DNA from: Harriotta raleighana | Lineage: Eukaryota | Direction of reading: 5' to 3' | NCBI GenBank assembly: GCA_050575255.1 | Contig: JBNZDD010013635.1 | Coordinates: forward strand, 2,767,670-2,823,653 | Length of the DNA stretch: 55,984 nucleotides | Shown: piece after piece, positions 1 to 10,239 of the stretch | How positions within the stretch are numbered: the stretch's first letter is position 1 | Layout of the letters: every line of letters starts with the position of its first letter | Program-made: the position numbers and the translations under genes | The notes under the pieces: model-generated | The model's database searches: none | Told to the model about the DNA's origin: nothing | What the model saw: only the letters and a program-made list of their open reading frames with translations

Positions 1-41
1 AGTTCAAAGTGCATGGCGAGCTGCCCCTCTATGGCATGATT
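1..41 (+). CDS. FARP2: FARP2 coding exon, 5'-truncated by the window (PH1: ..FKVHGELPLYGMI)
   Basis: Frame from base 3 reads FKVHGELPLYGMI, matching FARP-family PH1. GTGAGT donor at 42, phase 0. Confidence 0.88.
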
Positions 42-434
42 GTGAGTATGCCTAGAAATTTTTACAGTGATTTGAACGATTCAGGCTTGATTGTACTGTG
101 TTAATCAGTCCTACATGCAAAGTAGATTTGTTCACAGGATTCAACATTAATTGTGTAGTAAGACTATTTGTGTCACATTGACTGGCCGGGAAACAACAGG
201 GAGGTAGCACTTGTCTTTCTAGGTTAGCACTTGTGGTGTCAATGTGATTGTCTGTTTCTTTGGTTTCTGTCTGTCTGTTTCTCCGCGTTCTGTATGTTAT
301 GATTGGTTTTGTAACAGATTTAGAAACCAATACTATTTGAAAAATAATGGGGTATATTTCTGATGAAAATTGCCTTAAACAGAACACTCAATGGTTGCTC
401 TTATCTAACCTCAGAGCAGATATGCTTCATGTGT

Positions 435-486
435 TTTGTGCCATGATTTGGACAGGAATGTTTGTGCCATGACTGGGACAGGAAGA
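435..486 (+). repeat. 26-bp imperfect tandem duplication
   Basis: tttgtgccatgatttggacaggaatg followed by tttgtgccatgactgggacaggaaga. Confidence 0.75.
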
Positions 487-671
487 TTTGGCTGGAAATG
501 GTAACGGAGCAGAAAGATGGCATCAAATCCCAAAGAAATTATGTTGTGCTCAATAACTTGTTTTCAACAAATCTTGTGATGTAAATGTTTTGCAATTGTC
601 AAAACCTCACCAATCTCCCCTGGCTCTATCTTACATTGGTCCAACATATTAGAATTACACATGTGCAATAC

Positions 672-800
672 ATACACATTATAGCATGGAAATAGGCCAT
701 TCGGTTCAACTCGTCTCTATGGGTGGTGGTAGTAAACAGGAGCCTCCACCCCACCTAATCCCCTCTCTCATCCCCCCTATTCCTTTCCCTCTATTCCTGC
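672..800 (-). mobile_element. Degenerate CR1 LINE 3'-end fragment
   Basis: atagcatggaaataggccattcggttcaactcgtct resembles the reverse complement of the CR1 3' stem-loop/tail seen elsewhere in the window. Confidence 0.45.
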
Positions 801-1246
801 GAAGATCTGAGGATCAGGACTGATAACTATATCAAAGTAAGGCTCAAATGTTGGTTGAGGCTTGTAGCTACAAGCGAGTAAACTCACTCGCACCAACAAA
901 GTCCTTTATTTCTACGATAAGGCCACCCTGTAATAAATGTACTCCTTCATGCTGTCGGCACATGAACATGAGTAATACTTTGCAAACTTATATTGTTAAA
1001 CAGAGCAAGGAGTGGGAGAATTCCACTCAAAGAATGAATTTATGATGCCAGGGTCATGTTGAAGCAAAGCTGTGGGTGTGGGTGAATGTCAGAGGAGCTG
1101 TGACAGTCTTAGCTTCTGTAATTCAGCTTCTGGAAGCATGGGAACAGTTTGTTGCACAAACTGACACAGAATCTGTTTTGTCCTTCTCCAAGGCAATGCC
1201 CAGAGCCAGTTTTATTTAACCCCTCACGTACAGAGGAGAAGTAATA

Positions 1247-1650
1247 TAGTAAAACCGTTGCTATCCGACACCCTCGGGATCTGACCATTGGCAGTTAATT
1301 AAATGCCGGATATTCGAGTGGCAAGTTGCCAAAAATCCTACACAAAAAATCAACTTATTTTAAAACATACCATATTAATAATAGATTCAATAATAACAGA
1401 ATATTGTATGGATACTTAACAAATAATGTATTCCAGCACATTTGGTAAAATGATTGGTAAAAAAAGCATTCTAGCGTTCGGAGAGTTTAATAAGTGTACA
1501 TGCGCACGCAAGGCGCAAAGTGAGCATACTGCGAGTGTCCCAGGTGGCTATGGTATGAGATTCGGTTGCTGGAATGGTGAATTGTATTGGGAGATACCAG
1601 TTGGTTGATCATTCCGGTTGGTTGGGTGCTGGATAACCAAGGTTTTACTG
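1247..1650. mobile_element. Tigger/pogo-like (Tc1/mariner) MITE, family 1
   Basis: Imperfect TIRs tagtaaaaccgttgctatccgacaccc / gggtgctggataaccaaggttttactg, TA on both sides (1245-46, 1651-52). Internal sequence shared with 44165-44545. Confidence 0.8.
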
Positions 1651-2277
1651 TACCAAGAGAAATGAACTAATGAACTGTGTGTTTGTGTGTATTCATTTTT
1701 GGAAATAGAAGAGATCTCCTCTGGGTACATTTTCCTCTACATGTGGACATGAACACTTGTATGTGCGCGTGTGTTTGTGTGCTCCCAACTCTGTTATTCT
1801 GCAGGAGGGCTTCAGATAGCTGTAAAAAAAAGGTTATTTAACTGGTAAGGTCTAATTTCCGGTATTATTGGTATCCGCCCAGGTTGTGAGATTTGAGGAT
1901 TGCAAATTCTGAAAGCCAACAAAGTCCAGAATAAATATGTGTTATTGCTGTATTAGTATTTACAAAGACAGACAAGCACCTCGTAACATTGACCTTTTCT
2001 GTTTGTTCTTGCGGAATAAGCAGACAACCATATAGTGAGTGAATGTAAATATTGAATGCAGTGGAGTACTTGATGTGTCTCCTCTTTATGTATTAAATAT
2101 GTTTGGAAAGCACTCCTGAGTGACACAGTGAAGATAATGCAAAGTAAAATAAATGGAGGGCAAATCAAATGTGAAACTTGAGCTTATTGGTACTGAGTTG
2201 ATTGTACTGAATGTTGCTCTTGGAGATGCTCACAATCATATGAACTGATTTTTTTTTCTTTTCTGGACCATTGCCAG

Positions 2278-2298
2278 CTGATTGTGCTGGAGCCCCCG
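2278..2298 (+). CDS. FARP2: Candidate FARP2 21-nt microexon (LIVLEPP), phase 0-0
   Basis: Long T/C tract, TTGCCAG acceptor, ctgattgtgctggagcccccg, GTGAGT donor. Frame-preserving in a phase-0 intron with no stop. Confidence 0.72.
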
Positions 2299-2856
2299 GT
2301 GAGTATGGAGCTCTGGGGGAGGTTCCTGTTAGAGGCAGTCTCAGCTTCTCACACTGACCCTTTAATCAGGCTTTATTGTAGGATAAACGTAGACTTAGAA
2401 GCTACTGTAGGTGTGTCGTGGATTTGCAGAGGAGTCCACGCTATTTCCGCCTCTCTACTCCGCCTTGCTTCTGCATTTGTCATTTTTTATTTTTCATTTA
2501 GCCTCATCGAATCAGTCTCCAGCATTGCCCTCTTGCTCGTTGCTGTGCCGAATTGGGCTTTACATTCACTGTCTTTCTCACAGTCCTGTTTAATTGTGTC
2601 CCTCTTCCACTAAACCCTGAACCAATGTCTCGTTTATTCAGCCTGTTATTAGCCCTGCTAAATCGTCCGCTATCTTTGATGTCCTGCTGATTTGAATTTT
2701 ACTGTTTGATCTGAAGTTCATTCTTTCACCTTGGGAACCTTAGTCCGAGTTGAAGTTGATCCCATGACTGGAACATGTTCATGACAGGCTAAATAAACAG
2801 TGACTGTTACCTGGATAAGAAATGATGTGGCTTGTCACTACTTCATCTTGTTGCAG

Positions 2857-2939
2857 GTTGAAGAGAGTGAAAATGAATGGTCAGTTCCGCATTGTTTCAC
2901 CATCTACTCTGCTCAGAAGACTATTGTTGTGGCAGCAAG
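2857..2939 (+). CDS. FARP2: FARP2 exon (VEESENEWSVPHCFTIYSAQKTIVVAA[S])
   Basis: ttgcag acceptor, gtaggt donor. Near-identical to recalled FARP2 VEESDNEWSVPHCFTIYAAQKTIVVAAS. Confidence 0.95.
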
Positions 2940-2959
2940 GTAGGTGTCATTGAGCCAGT

Positions 2960-3290
2960 CTGGAATCTTGTTGTCTTGTTTGACCCTCAGCTGTCCTTTC
3001 TGCCCCACATCTGTGCCATCGCTCGTTCTGCATTCCCAACCCAGCTCTGGCATTGCCTCCCCCCATCCATTCACTTCTTTATCTAGGCTCGACTATGCAT
3101 GCCAACTCTCTGCTTGGTGGCCTCCCCAACTCTTCCCTCCGAAATCTGCATATCATTCTGAACTCTGTGGCTTTGCCTTGCCCCCTTGCTTGTCTCCTGT
3201 AAGGCACATCTCCAGACCCTCCTCTTTGACCAGGCCTTTGTTCACCCTCCTAACCCTACCTTCCTGCCCTCGACCCCTCTTAATCCATCA
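2960..3290 (+). mobile_element. Degenerate L2 LINE ORF2 fragment
   Basis: C/T-rich, with LFDPQLSFLPHI and SRLDY-like motifs of the L2 RT C-terminus (compare 37025-37318). Confidence 0.65.
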
Positions 3291-3473
3291 TAGACAAAAG
3301 TGATTCTATTTTCATTTAAGTGCAACACCAGTACTCTTTCCAGTATCACTTACTGTGCATTGCATATGTGGTTATTAAGTAGGCTGCTCTAAGAGTGAAG
3401 TCCTGTTTGAGGATCATTTGTTCCATTGCGGTTGGGTATGTGACGTCATACCCTGCTCTCTTCTGTTTTGAAG

Positions 3474-3592
3474 CTCCAAAGTAGAAATGGGAAAGTGGAT
3501 AGAAGACCTGAATATGGCCATTGATTTGGTGAAGAAGTCGAACGAGAAGGGAGATATGTTCCTGGAGACTAACATCTTCGATCGATCAAACA
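3474..3592 (+). CDS. FARP2: FARP2 exon (SKVEMGKWIEDLNMAIDLVKKSNEKGDMFLETNIFDRSN), PH1 C-terminal helix
   Basis: ttttgaag acceptor (phase 2), gtaagt donor (phase 1). Contains the PH helix tryptophan motif KWIEDL. Confidence 0.93.
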
Positions 3593-4070
3593 GTAAGTTA
3601 CTTAAAGGACATGATAGCAGCTCCTCCACAGGAATGGACCAACTCTTCAGTGGGGTGAAAGGCAGAAGGCTAAGGAACATATTTTGCTTTAGATTGCATG
3701 GAAATCTCCAAAACTCTTCAAAATGGCTTTGCTTTCAACTTTAGAAGAAGGTTTTGAAGTTCAATCTATTTAGTTTAGTTGCAAATTGGGAAAGGTTTTG
3801 AATCATCTGTCCCAAGGGCATCATTTGTGACATCCAACGCATTAGTTAATAAGTTTCTCCAAATGATCCACCTTCATTTTAGGACCAATTAATGGCTCAA
3901 ACCCTTGAATTAATTATTATAATCCATAATAATAATAACAGGAGTGGACACCTCAAGGACATTGTCCAAGAAAAACATTGCCTTCAAGTTGAAGATTTTG
4001 TGGAATTTGAAAAAATTCTAAACCTGAATCCTAATTTGGATCCCTTTCAGATTGAATTTAAGAATTTTTC

Positions 4071-4399
4071 TAATAATATAATAATAATCCTTGCATTTGA
4101 TGTAGCGCTTTCTACATCTTATCGATGTCTCAAAGCTCATTACAGAATATACTGTAAAATGAATTGACTGTATATTTGTGGGTGAAACGAGGCAGACAAT
4201 TGCGCATAGCAGTGTCCCACAAACAGTTGTGGATTGAAATAAACAATTTTTTTTATTATTGTGGTTTTTTTGGACGGATTATTGTTAGGCATGTGGTCTA
4301 AGGAAACTTGCCCAAGGTTTCAGCCTGATCTGCCTGGATTCGAACACAGGTCTCATGCTTGTAAGGCGAGTGCTCTTACCACTGAGCTACAGGAGCTCC
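4071..4399 (-). mobile_element. Full-length tRNA-derived SINE (Deu-like core, L2-type tail; SINE2-1_CM-like)
   Basis: Reverse complement has ggagctcctgtagctcagtgg A box, gttcgaatcc B box, gtgggacactgct core and (tta)n tail. Confidence 0.9.
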
Positions 4400-4735
4400 A
4401 AACCTTCTGCACAATTTTAAATTTTTTAATGGAATGGGTACATGGCCAATCCCACATGACAATTCAAGCCTTCAATTCTGTTGTAAGGTCTGTGGTTTGA
4501 ACAGCACCTATTTGGATTTATGTCACAAGAAGCTACTTTAATTAAAGGTGCTAATTAATTACGGTGAACATTTGAGCTACGTTGCTAATTTAACATGCAA
4601 AAAAAAATGATGACCAGCACTTTGTTCTATTTGTTTGATGGATACTAACTTGACAGCACATCTCCCTTGCGTGATGCGAGAGGTCACCCACCGTGCAATT
4701 ATTTCTCTTTACGCCTCTGCCCTCGTTTTCCTCAG

Positions 4736-4899
4736 GGTCTTCAGATGAGGTGTCAGTGGAGCAGGAATCCGAAGACGACACTCACTCTTCCCGCAGCTCG
4801 TTGGACAAACAGACCCATCACCGTGCCAACACCACAATGCACGTGTGCTGGCATCGCAACACTAGTGTCTCCATGATGGACCACAGTGTTGCAGTGGAG
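4736..4899 (+). CDS. FARP2: FARP2 linker exon A (SSDEVSVEQESEDDTHSSRSSLDKQTHHRANTTMHVCWHRNTSVSMMDHSVAVE)
   Basis: cctcag acceptor, gtaccc donor, phase 1-0, 164 nt. HRANTTMHVCW is the FARP2-type motif. Confidence 0.95.
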
Positions 4900-5998
4900 G
4901 TACCCAGAGGGCACTCTCACCAGCTCCTGCACTCCATTTACCCAACGATAACCCAGGGCAAGGCACTAATACACAGAGCCTACCTGCCAAAGCTGTTTAA
5001 TATTGATTTCCAATTAGTTTGGCCAGCTATGGCATTGGTTTTCCAAACTTAAATGACAGGAGTTTTCCAAGATATCTTGCTCCTTGTACAGGCTTGATTT
5101 ATTATGTCTAAGTGGGGAGGAGAAAATTAATCTAGACTGTGATTTTTCCTGGTGCAGTCAATCGTCACCCCAGCCATTCCCTGGTTCAGTGTAGACCATT
5201 TCAACCATTTCCCAGACTTGTATACTTATGATCAATTGCATTTACAAGTGGATGGTTTGATGTCCTGGGTTATCTGGTGGAGTCAAAACACTTTTGTCTC
5301 TCCCATCACTCATTTTCCATTCTTCTTCCTTTCAAACAGGCTTCTGAAACATGTGGGATTCTCTGTGTGACACTCTCTCTTTCAGCTCACTCATCCTCTA
5401 TGTTTCCTTCCATTAATGAAAATCGCTTCTCTCCTGTATTTTTGCTTTCTTGTGCAGCCATTTTGCATCGCATTGTGACTTGGTGAACCTGGTGATCTTC
5501 CTTTTCACTGTAAAGATCTGTTGAGTGTTCGCTTCTAACTTGCTGGTGACATTGGTTGACTGCCAAAACACTTAACTGAGTACCTGATATCTTTGCGAAA
5601 GATGACATCAAACCCTGTGGTGTCTGGATACAAAGATTTTGCTGTGGTTTTGGTATCTTGGTCATTGTACATTGGTCATTTTATTGGACCTGTTGTGAAC
5701 ACAGACTTTCTCACAGAGTTCAGGGTGGTCATTCACTTGTGGAATAGATTGTGGTAATACGATTACATTGATCTCATGCCACTCATATTTGGGAGGCAGT
5801 GCTGTAGTTCAGTGAGGCATTGTCTGTGTGAATGGCCATCTTGTGACATCCCACCCTGTAACTGACTAACTGAAGAATAACGCAAATTTCAGCTACTGAC
5901 CTGTGATCCCGGTAGTTTATTCATCGCTGTCCTGTTTCTGTCTTTCTTTTTCTCTCTCTCCCCTATCTCCGTACCTGCTTACACACGGATGTGCTCAG

Positions 5999-6138
5999 TT
6001 TTCTATTCTCCTGCCACTTCCCCGGAGCTTCCTCCGCGCTACCTTCTAGGCCAGAGTCAGCGGCCTAACACCATCACCCACGTGTGCTGGTACCGCAGCC
6101 AAAATCTGTCGCTGGCTGATTACCTACGAATGATGGAG
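5999..6138 (+). CDS. FARP2: Candidate FARP2 alternative linker exon B (FYSPATSPELPPRYLLGQSQRPNTITHVCWYRSQNLSLADYLRMME), homologous to exon A
   Basis: Pyrimidine tract ~5925-5970, gctcag acceptor (second in-frame acceptor at 6049), gtaaac donor. Phase 1-0, 140 nt. RPNTITHVCWYR aligns with RANTTMHVCWHR. Confidence 0.82.
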
Positions 6139-7370
6139 GTAAACCTGATAACCAGCCAATACTTTTAACCCACAGAAGCTAATCAGTCAAAGCAGAGGCC
6201 AACCCAATGAACAAAAAGGTTCATTTCAATATGTTCATTCAGTAACACTGTTTCTGCCTTGCGGCTTCACAACACGAATGGCTTTGTTCAGCTTGTTACA
6301 TCGCAGTTATTCGCTGTAACTGAGGATGCCAATACTTCTCCTTATTGCTTTTCCTGCTGAGAAACTACATTTTTTAAGGGGATAGTTTTATTCTTGTTTA
6401 GGCAGAATTTAGTTGAATGTGATTTTATAACAGGCTTATCAAAGCAGCAAACATAATAATTCATACTAATCGCTGCATTTGATATAGTGTCTCCAATGAT
6501 AAAATGCATTCCGTGCACTTCACAGTAAATGCTGTTAAGTGTATTCACATGAAGTGTAATGACTGTTCTTACAAGCAAAACCCTGGCTTACCAATGGATT
6601 TTTATAAATTGGGTTCAAATACATAAAATGACTCCCTATGGTTCTAAACAATAATTTTTGCATTGGATGATTATGAGATGTTCACCAAACACCATCCGAA
6701 CAACATGGTCTGAGGCCACACTGATGAATATTTATGTCAAAGTTGTTAACGCCTTAGAACTCAGAAATTCAACCTCCTATCCTTGAAGTGAATGAGCTTC
6801 GCTCTATTGAAACTATAGCAATATACTGCTCCATAACCAAATATTGTATTTTGGTTTGAGCGAATTTACCTTGTGTTTCTCTACTTCTATCAGTTCCTAA
6901 CAATTGTTTCCATTTAACTACATCTTAAAGCATTGCAATGTTGCCTGTGCTGTCCTGTTTCATGCGCAGCACAAACAGCATTGCAAATGTTTTGTGACTC
7001 CCGAAATTAACTTTTTCCAAACAGTCACATGCAACAGCACAACTGGGTGGCCAAACGATAGCACTGCAGCTGTTAAATTCACTGGAGGGTCATTGTAGGG
7101 TCTACAATGAAGTAGTAGGTAAAGCATTTGTAAATATCAGTCAATATCGTAAAGATCAATAACCACAAAAAAAAGAGGTGATTATAGCAGTACAAACTGA
7201 ATACGATAGACTGAGTAATACTAGCCTGAGAAAACGGCGAGGCTGAGGAACCTCGGTAGTGGAATCACTATTGTAATTACCCTTTTGTAGGACTCACTTG
7301 GATAGAATGTCTACATAGAATGCATTTTATAATTCTGTTAAAACTGTACCTTTGGGTCCTTTCTAATTAG

Positions 7371-7478
7371 AACCAGCTGTCTGGGTACCTGCTGAGGAAG
7401 TTCAAGAACAGCAATGGCTGGCAGAAACTCTGGGTTGTCTTCACCAACTTCTGCCTCTTCTTCTACAAGACCCACCAG
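7371..7478 (+). CDS. FARP2: FARP2 exon, PH2 start (NQLSGYLLRKFKNSNGWQKLWVVFTNFCLFFYKTHQ)
   Basis: aattag acceptor, gtacaa donor, 108 nt, phase 0-0. SGYLL and YKTHQ are FARP2-type residues. Confidence 0.96.
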
Positions 7479-7951
7479 GTACAACCTCTAGACTCGTAAT
7501 CGCTGAGCCGTGAATATCGCCATTTATCACAGGCGGCAGCACGGCTGATTTGGCTGAGTGAGAAAAGGGCAATATCGTGAAGAAAATCTAAGTATGATGT
7601 TCAATACTGCCATTCAAGGCTCCAAGGAACGTTTTCAGTTTGGGAAAAATGCCGGGATAGGAACTGCTTTGTGGGCGTGGGTAGAGCGTGGTATATTGGG
7701 TGCTTAATTGCCAAATGGTATCCATCTAACTGACCAAGTGAAGATGTTTGGAATCCCCAACAATCAGTAAAGGCCACAGCACAAACCCAGTCACTGCTGT
7801 CACATCATTCCAACCGGGGAAAGCATTGTGATGGGGGTAGCAAAGGTGTGCAAATGTTATAGGATAACCAAAGCCAAAAGCTTTCGAATACAGTATTGAA
7901 TTTCTCTACTGTGTGTTGACATTACAATGCTATCCTCCGACTGTTTTGCAG

Positions 7952-8103
7952 GATGACTATCCCTTAGCTAGTCTCCCACTGTTAGGCTACATGGCCAGTA
8001 TGCCCTCTGTGAGCGACAGCATCCACAAAGATTATGTCTTCAAGCTCCAGTTCAAATCTCACGTCTACTTCTTCAGAGCTGAGAGTGAATATACATTCGA
8101 AAG
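7952..8103 (+). CDS. FARP2: FARP2 exon, PH2 (DDYPLASLPLLGY...HKDYVFKLQFKSHVYFFRAESEYTFE[R])
   Basis: ttgcag acceptor, gtaaga donor. Lies within ORF 7913..8107. Confidence 0.96.
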
Positions 8104-8664
8104 GTAAGATCTGATCCCATATGATTTTTTTTCTGACCCCAAAATGGATTCCCGTTTTATAAAACAATTTGGAAACACCGTGGCCATAATAACAAAGTGA
8201 CTGTTGGTGATCAGAATCCATTCATCCTCCAGTGCAGTGAATGCAGATTCAGATTTAATAAATACTTCGGGACACAGCATGTCAAGTGACTGCCAAGATG
8301 GTGGAAGGCAAACTAGATGTTGGCCGAGCAAATTCCTATGTTAGTGTGCAGCTATCCACCACATTCAATCTGCATTCACAACACAAGGTGGCAGTGTAGC
8401 CTCACAGAATCTACCTACGTCCAGCAATATCTCACAGCCCGACAAGTGTAGGGTGTCAGTAAGATTAATGTCTATCCCGGTAACATTTTGTGTTAGTTTT
8501 ATGCAGTCAGTAACGCACTTGCCTATGGGTCAAACAGTTATTAGTTCAAACCAAACATTAGGTTTTGAGCACAAAAACTAGGTTGACTCTCCAGAGCAGA
8601 ACTGAAGGATGGCTGCGTTGTTGAATGACCCATCTCGATAAGTCATTAAACCAAGATCCATCAT

Positions 8665-8985
8665 AGAGTCCTGTAGCTCAGTGGATAGAGCACTCGCCTT
8701 ACAAGCGAGAGACCTGGGGTCAATCCCTGGCAGCTCAGGGTGAAACCTCGGGCAAGTTTCCTTACTCCACACACCTGATAATCTCTCAAGAACAAAACAA
8801 CAAATTGGTTGTTTCAATCTACGACCTTTTGTGGGACACTGCTGTGCACAATTGACTGCCACGTTTCGCCCACAAATTATAGTCAGTTCACTTTACAGTA
8901 TATTCTGTGAAGCGTGACGTCTAGCGACATCTAGAAGATGTGAAAAGCGCTATTATCAAATGCAAGGATTATTATATTATTATTA
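8665..8985 (+). mobile_element. Full-length tRNA-derived SINE (same family)
   Basis: gagtcctgtagctcagtggatagagc head, gggcaagtttccttactccac, core and (tat)n tail. Confidence 0.9.
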
Positions 8986-9064
8986 ATATCAACTCAGCCG
9001 TTGCGAACACACCTCATCTTGTGTTATTCCATCTTAATAAACTTTCTGTTCCTTTTTTAACCAG

Positions 9065-9146
9065 GTGGATGGAGGTGATCAAGAGTGCAACTAGTTCAAC
9101 AGGTCGGGCAAGTCTCCTGAGCCAGAAGGACACTGAGATGAACTGA
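9065..9146 (+). CDS. FARP2: FARP2 terminal coding exon (WMEVIKSATSSTGRASLLSQKDTEMN*)
   Basis: ttttttaaccag acceptor, phase 2. RWMEVI is the PH2 helix. TGA stop at 9144-9146. Confidence 0.94.
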
Positions 9147-10239
9147 AACATTAGGAGTTGCACCCGTTACAATCTTCAAGCATTATGGCAGAATACAGTG
9201 AATGTAGAACAGTAGGAAAGTGGAGACCGGTCTATTTGTTGACTGTATAGGAGACAATCTTCTTAGATTAAAATGAAGAACTGGTGAACGGGGTTAAAGT
9301 GGACTGACACATTGTAGACACACAGCTGTCAGAACAGGTCATGTCACTACTCAAAGGACAATTGCACTCACATATAACTGGATGAGGAGATGGTTTGTTT
9401 GGCAAAACTTGGGTGGTTCCATCAATCCTACTTCAGGGATCACACACTTGTCTTGCCCAGCGAGTCCTGGCACAGCACATGTCACCTACCAAAGGATGCA
9501 CTTCCTGAACTGTAATTAACAAGCCAAAAATTGGGGGAATTGCCATCTGTTCTGAAGGTGAAATATGGACGGAGTGAGTAAAGATACCTACAGTTTCTAT
9601 CACTCAAGAGGTCTGCTCCTTTGGCTATGAAAGAAGAAAGGTGATAAATCTAAGTGCCCTGTTACACTTCTGCACAGTTGTAGCCAGGATGGAATTTCAA
9701 TTATTTGCGCACTGCAAACCTGGGATCAGAAAACGAGGGACCCTGTCCTCTTCCTGTCATCACATAACACTATACACATCGATGTTAGTATTTGTTTAGT
9801 CCTGTACACTGTGAGTTTGGGGTCTGCTTAGTCCATACTCTGGGATATATGTTATATATCTGGCAATTTGTTAGTTTTCATTTCAGTAGGTTTATAGCCT
9901 TCATGTTGTAATTCACAAATACTTGTGGCCATTTCTTCTTAGGAACTGTGTTGCTTTGGAGATATCAAGAAGGCAGAGTGAGAAAGGAGCGTGTGAAGTG
10001 TGGTAATGTGTGGGATCACTAAGTGGAGTGCGCTGTGTCTCAACTTTAATTTGATGGGTCACTGGTTGGGTTCAAATGTTTACGGCAGGTGTGAAGGCAA
10101 AAATATTGCTCATCGGTGTGAAACAATCACTGTGTCAGCAAAGATGAGAATTGTTTTCAAAATTGACACATTTTCCCATTGAAATAGAGGTTGGAGGCCA
10201 ATTGTAAATCCTACAGAGAAATAGTAGAAATAGCTGGTC

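Noticed and set aside
8665-8740. tRNA-Val(TAC)-like gene (also heads at 15720, 19860, 23606, 47221)
   Set aside because: A/B boxes and an anticodon stem are present, but there is no proper acceptor stem and each head matches the SINE family.
1-9146. FARP1 rather than FARP2
   Set aside because: Some segments look FARP1-like, but WSVPHCFTIY, HRANTTMHVCW, SGYLL, KTHQDDYPL and KLQFKSHVYFF match FARP2 as recalled.
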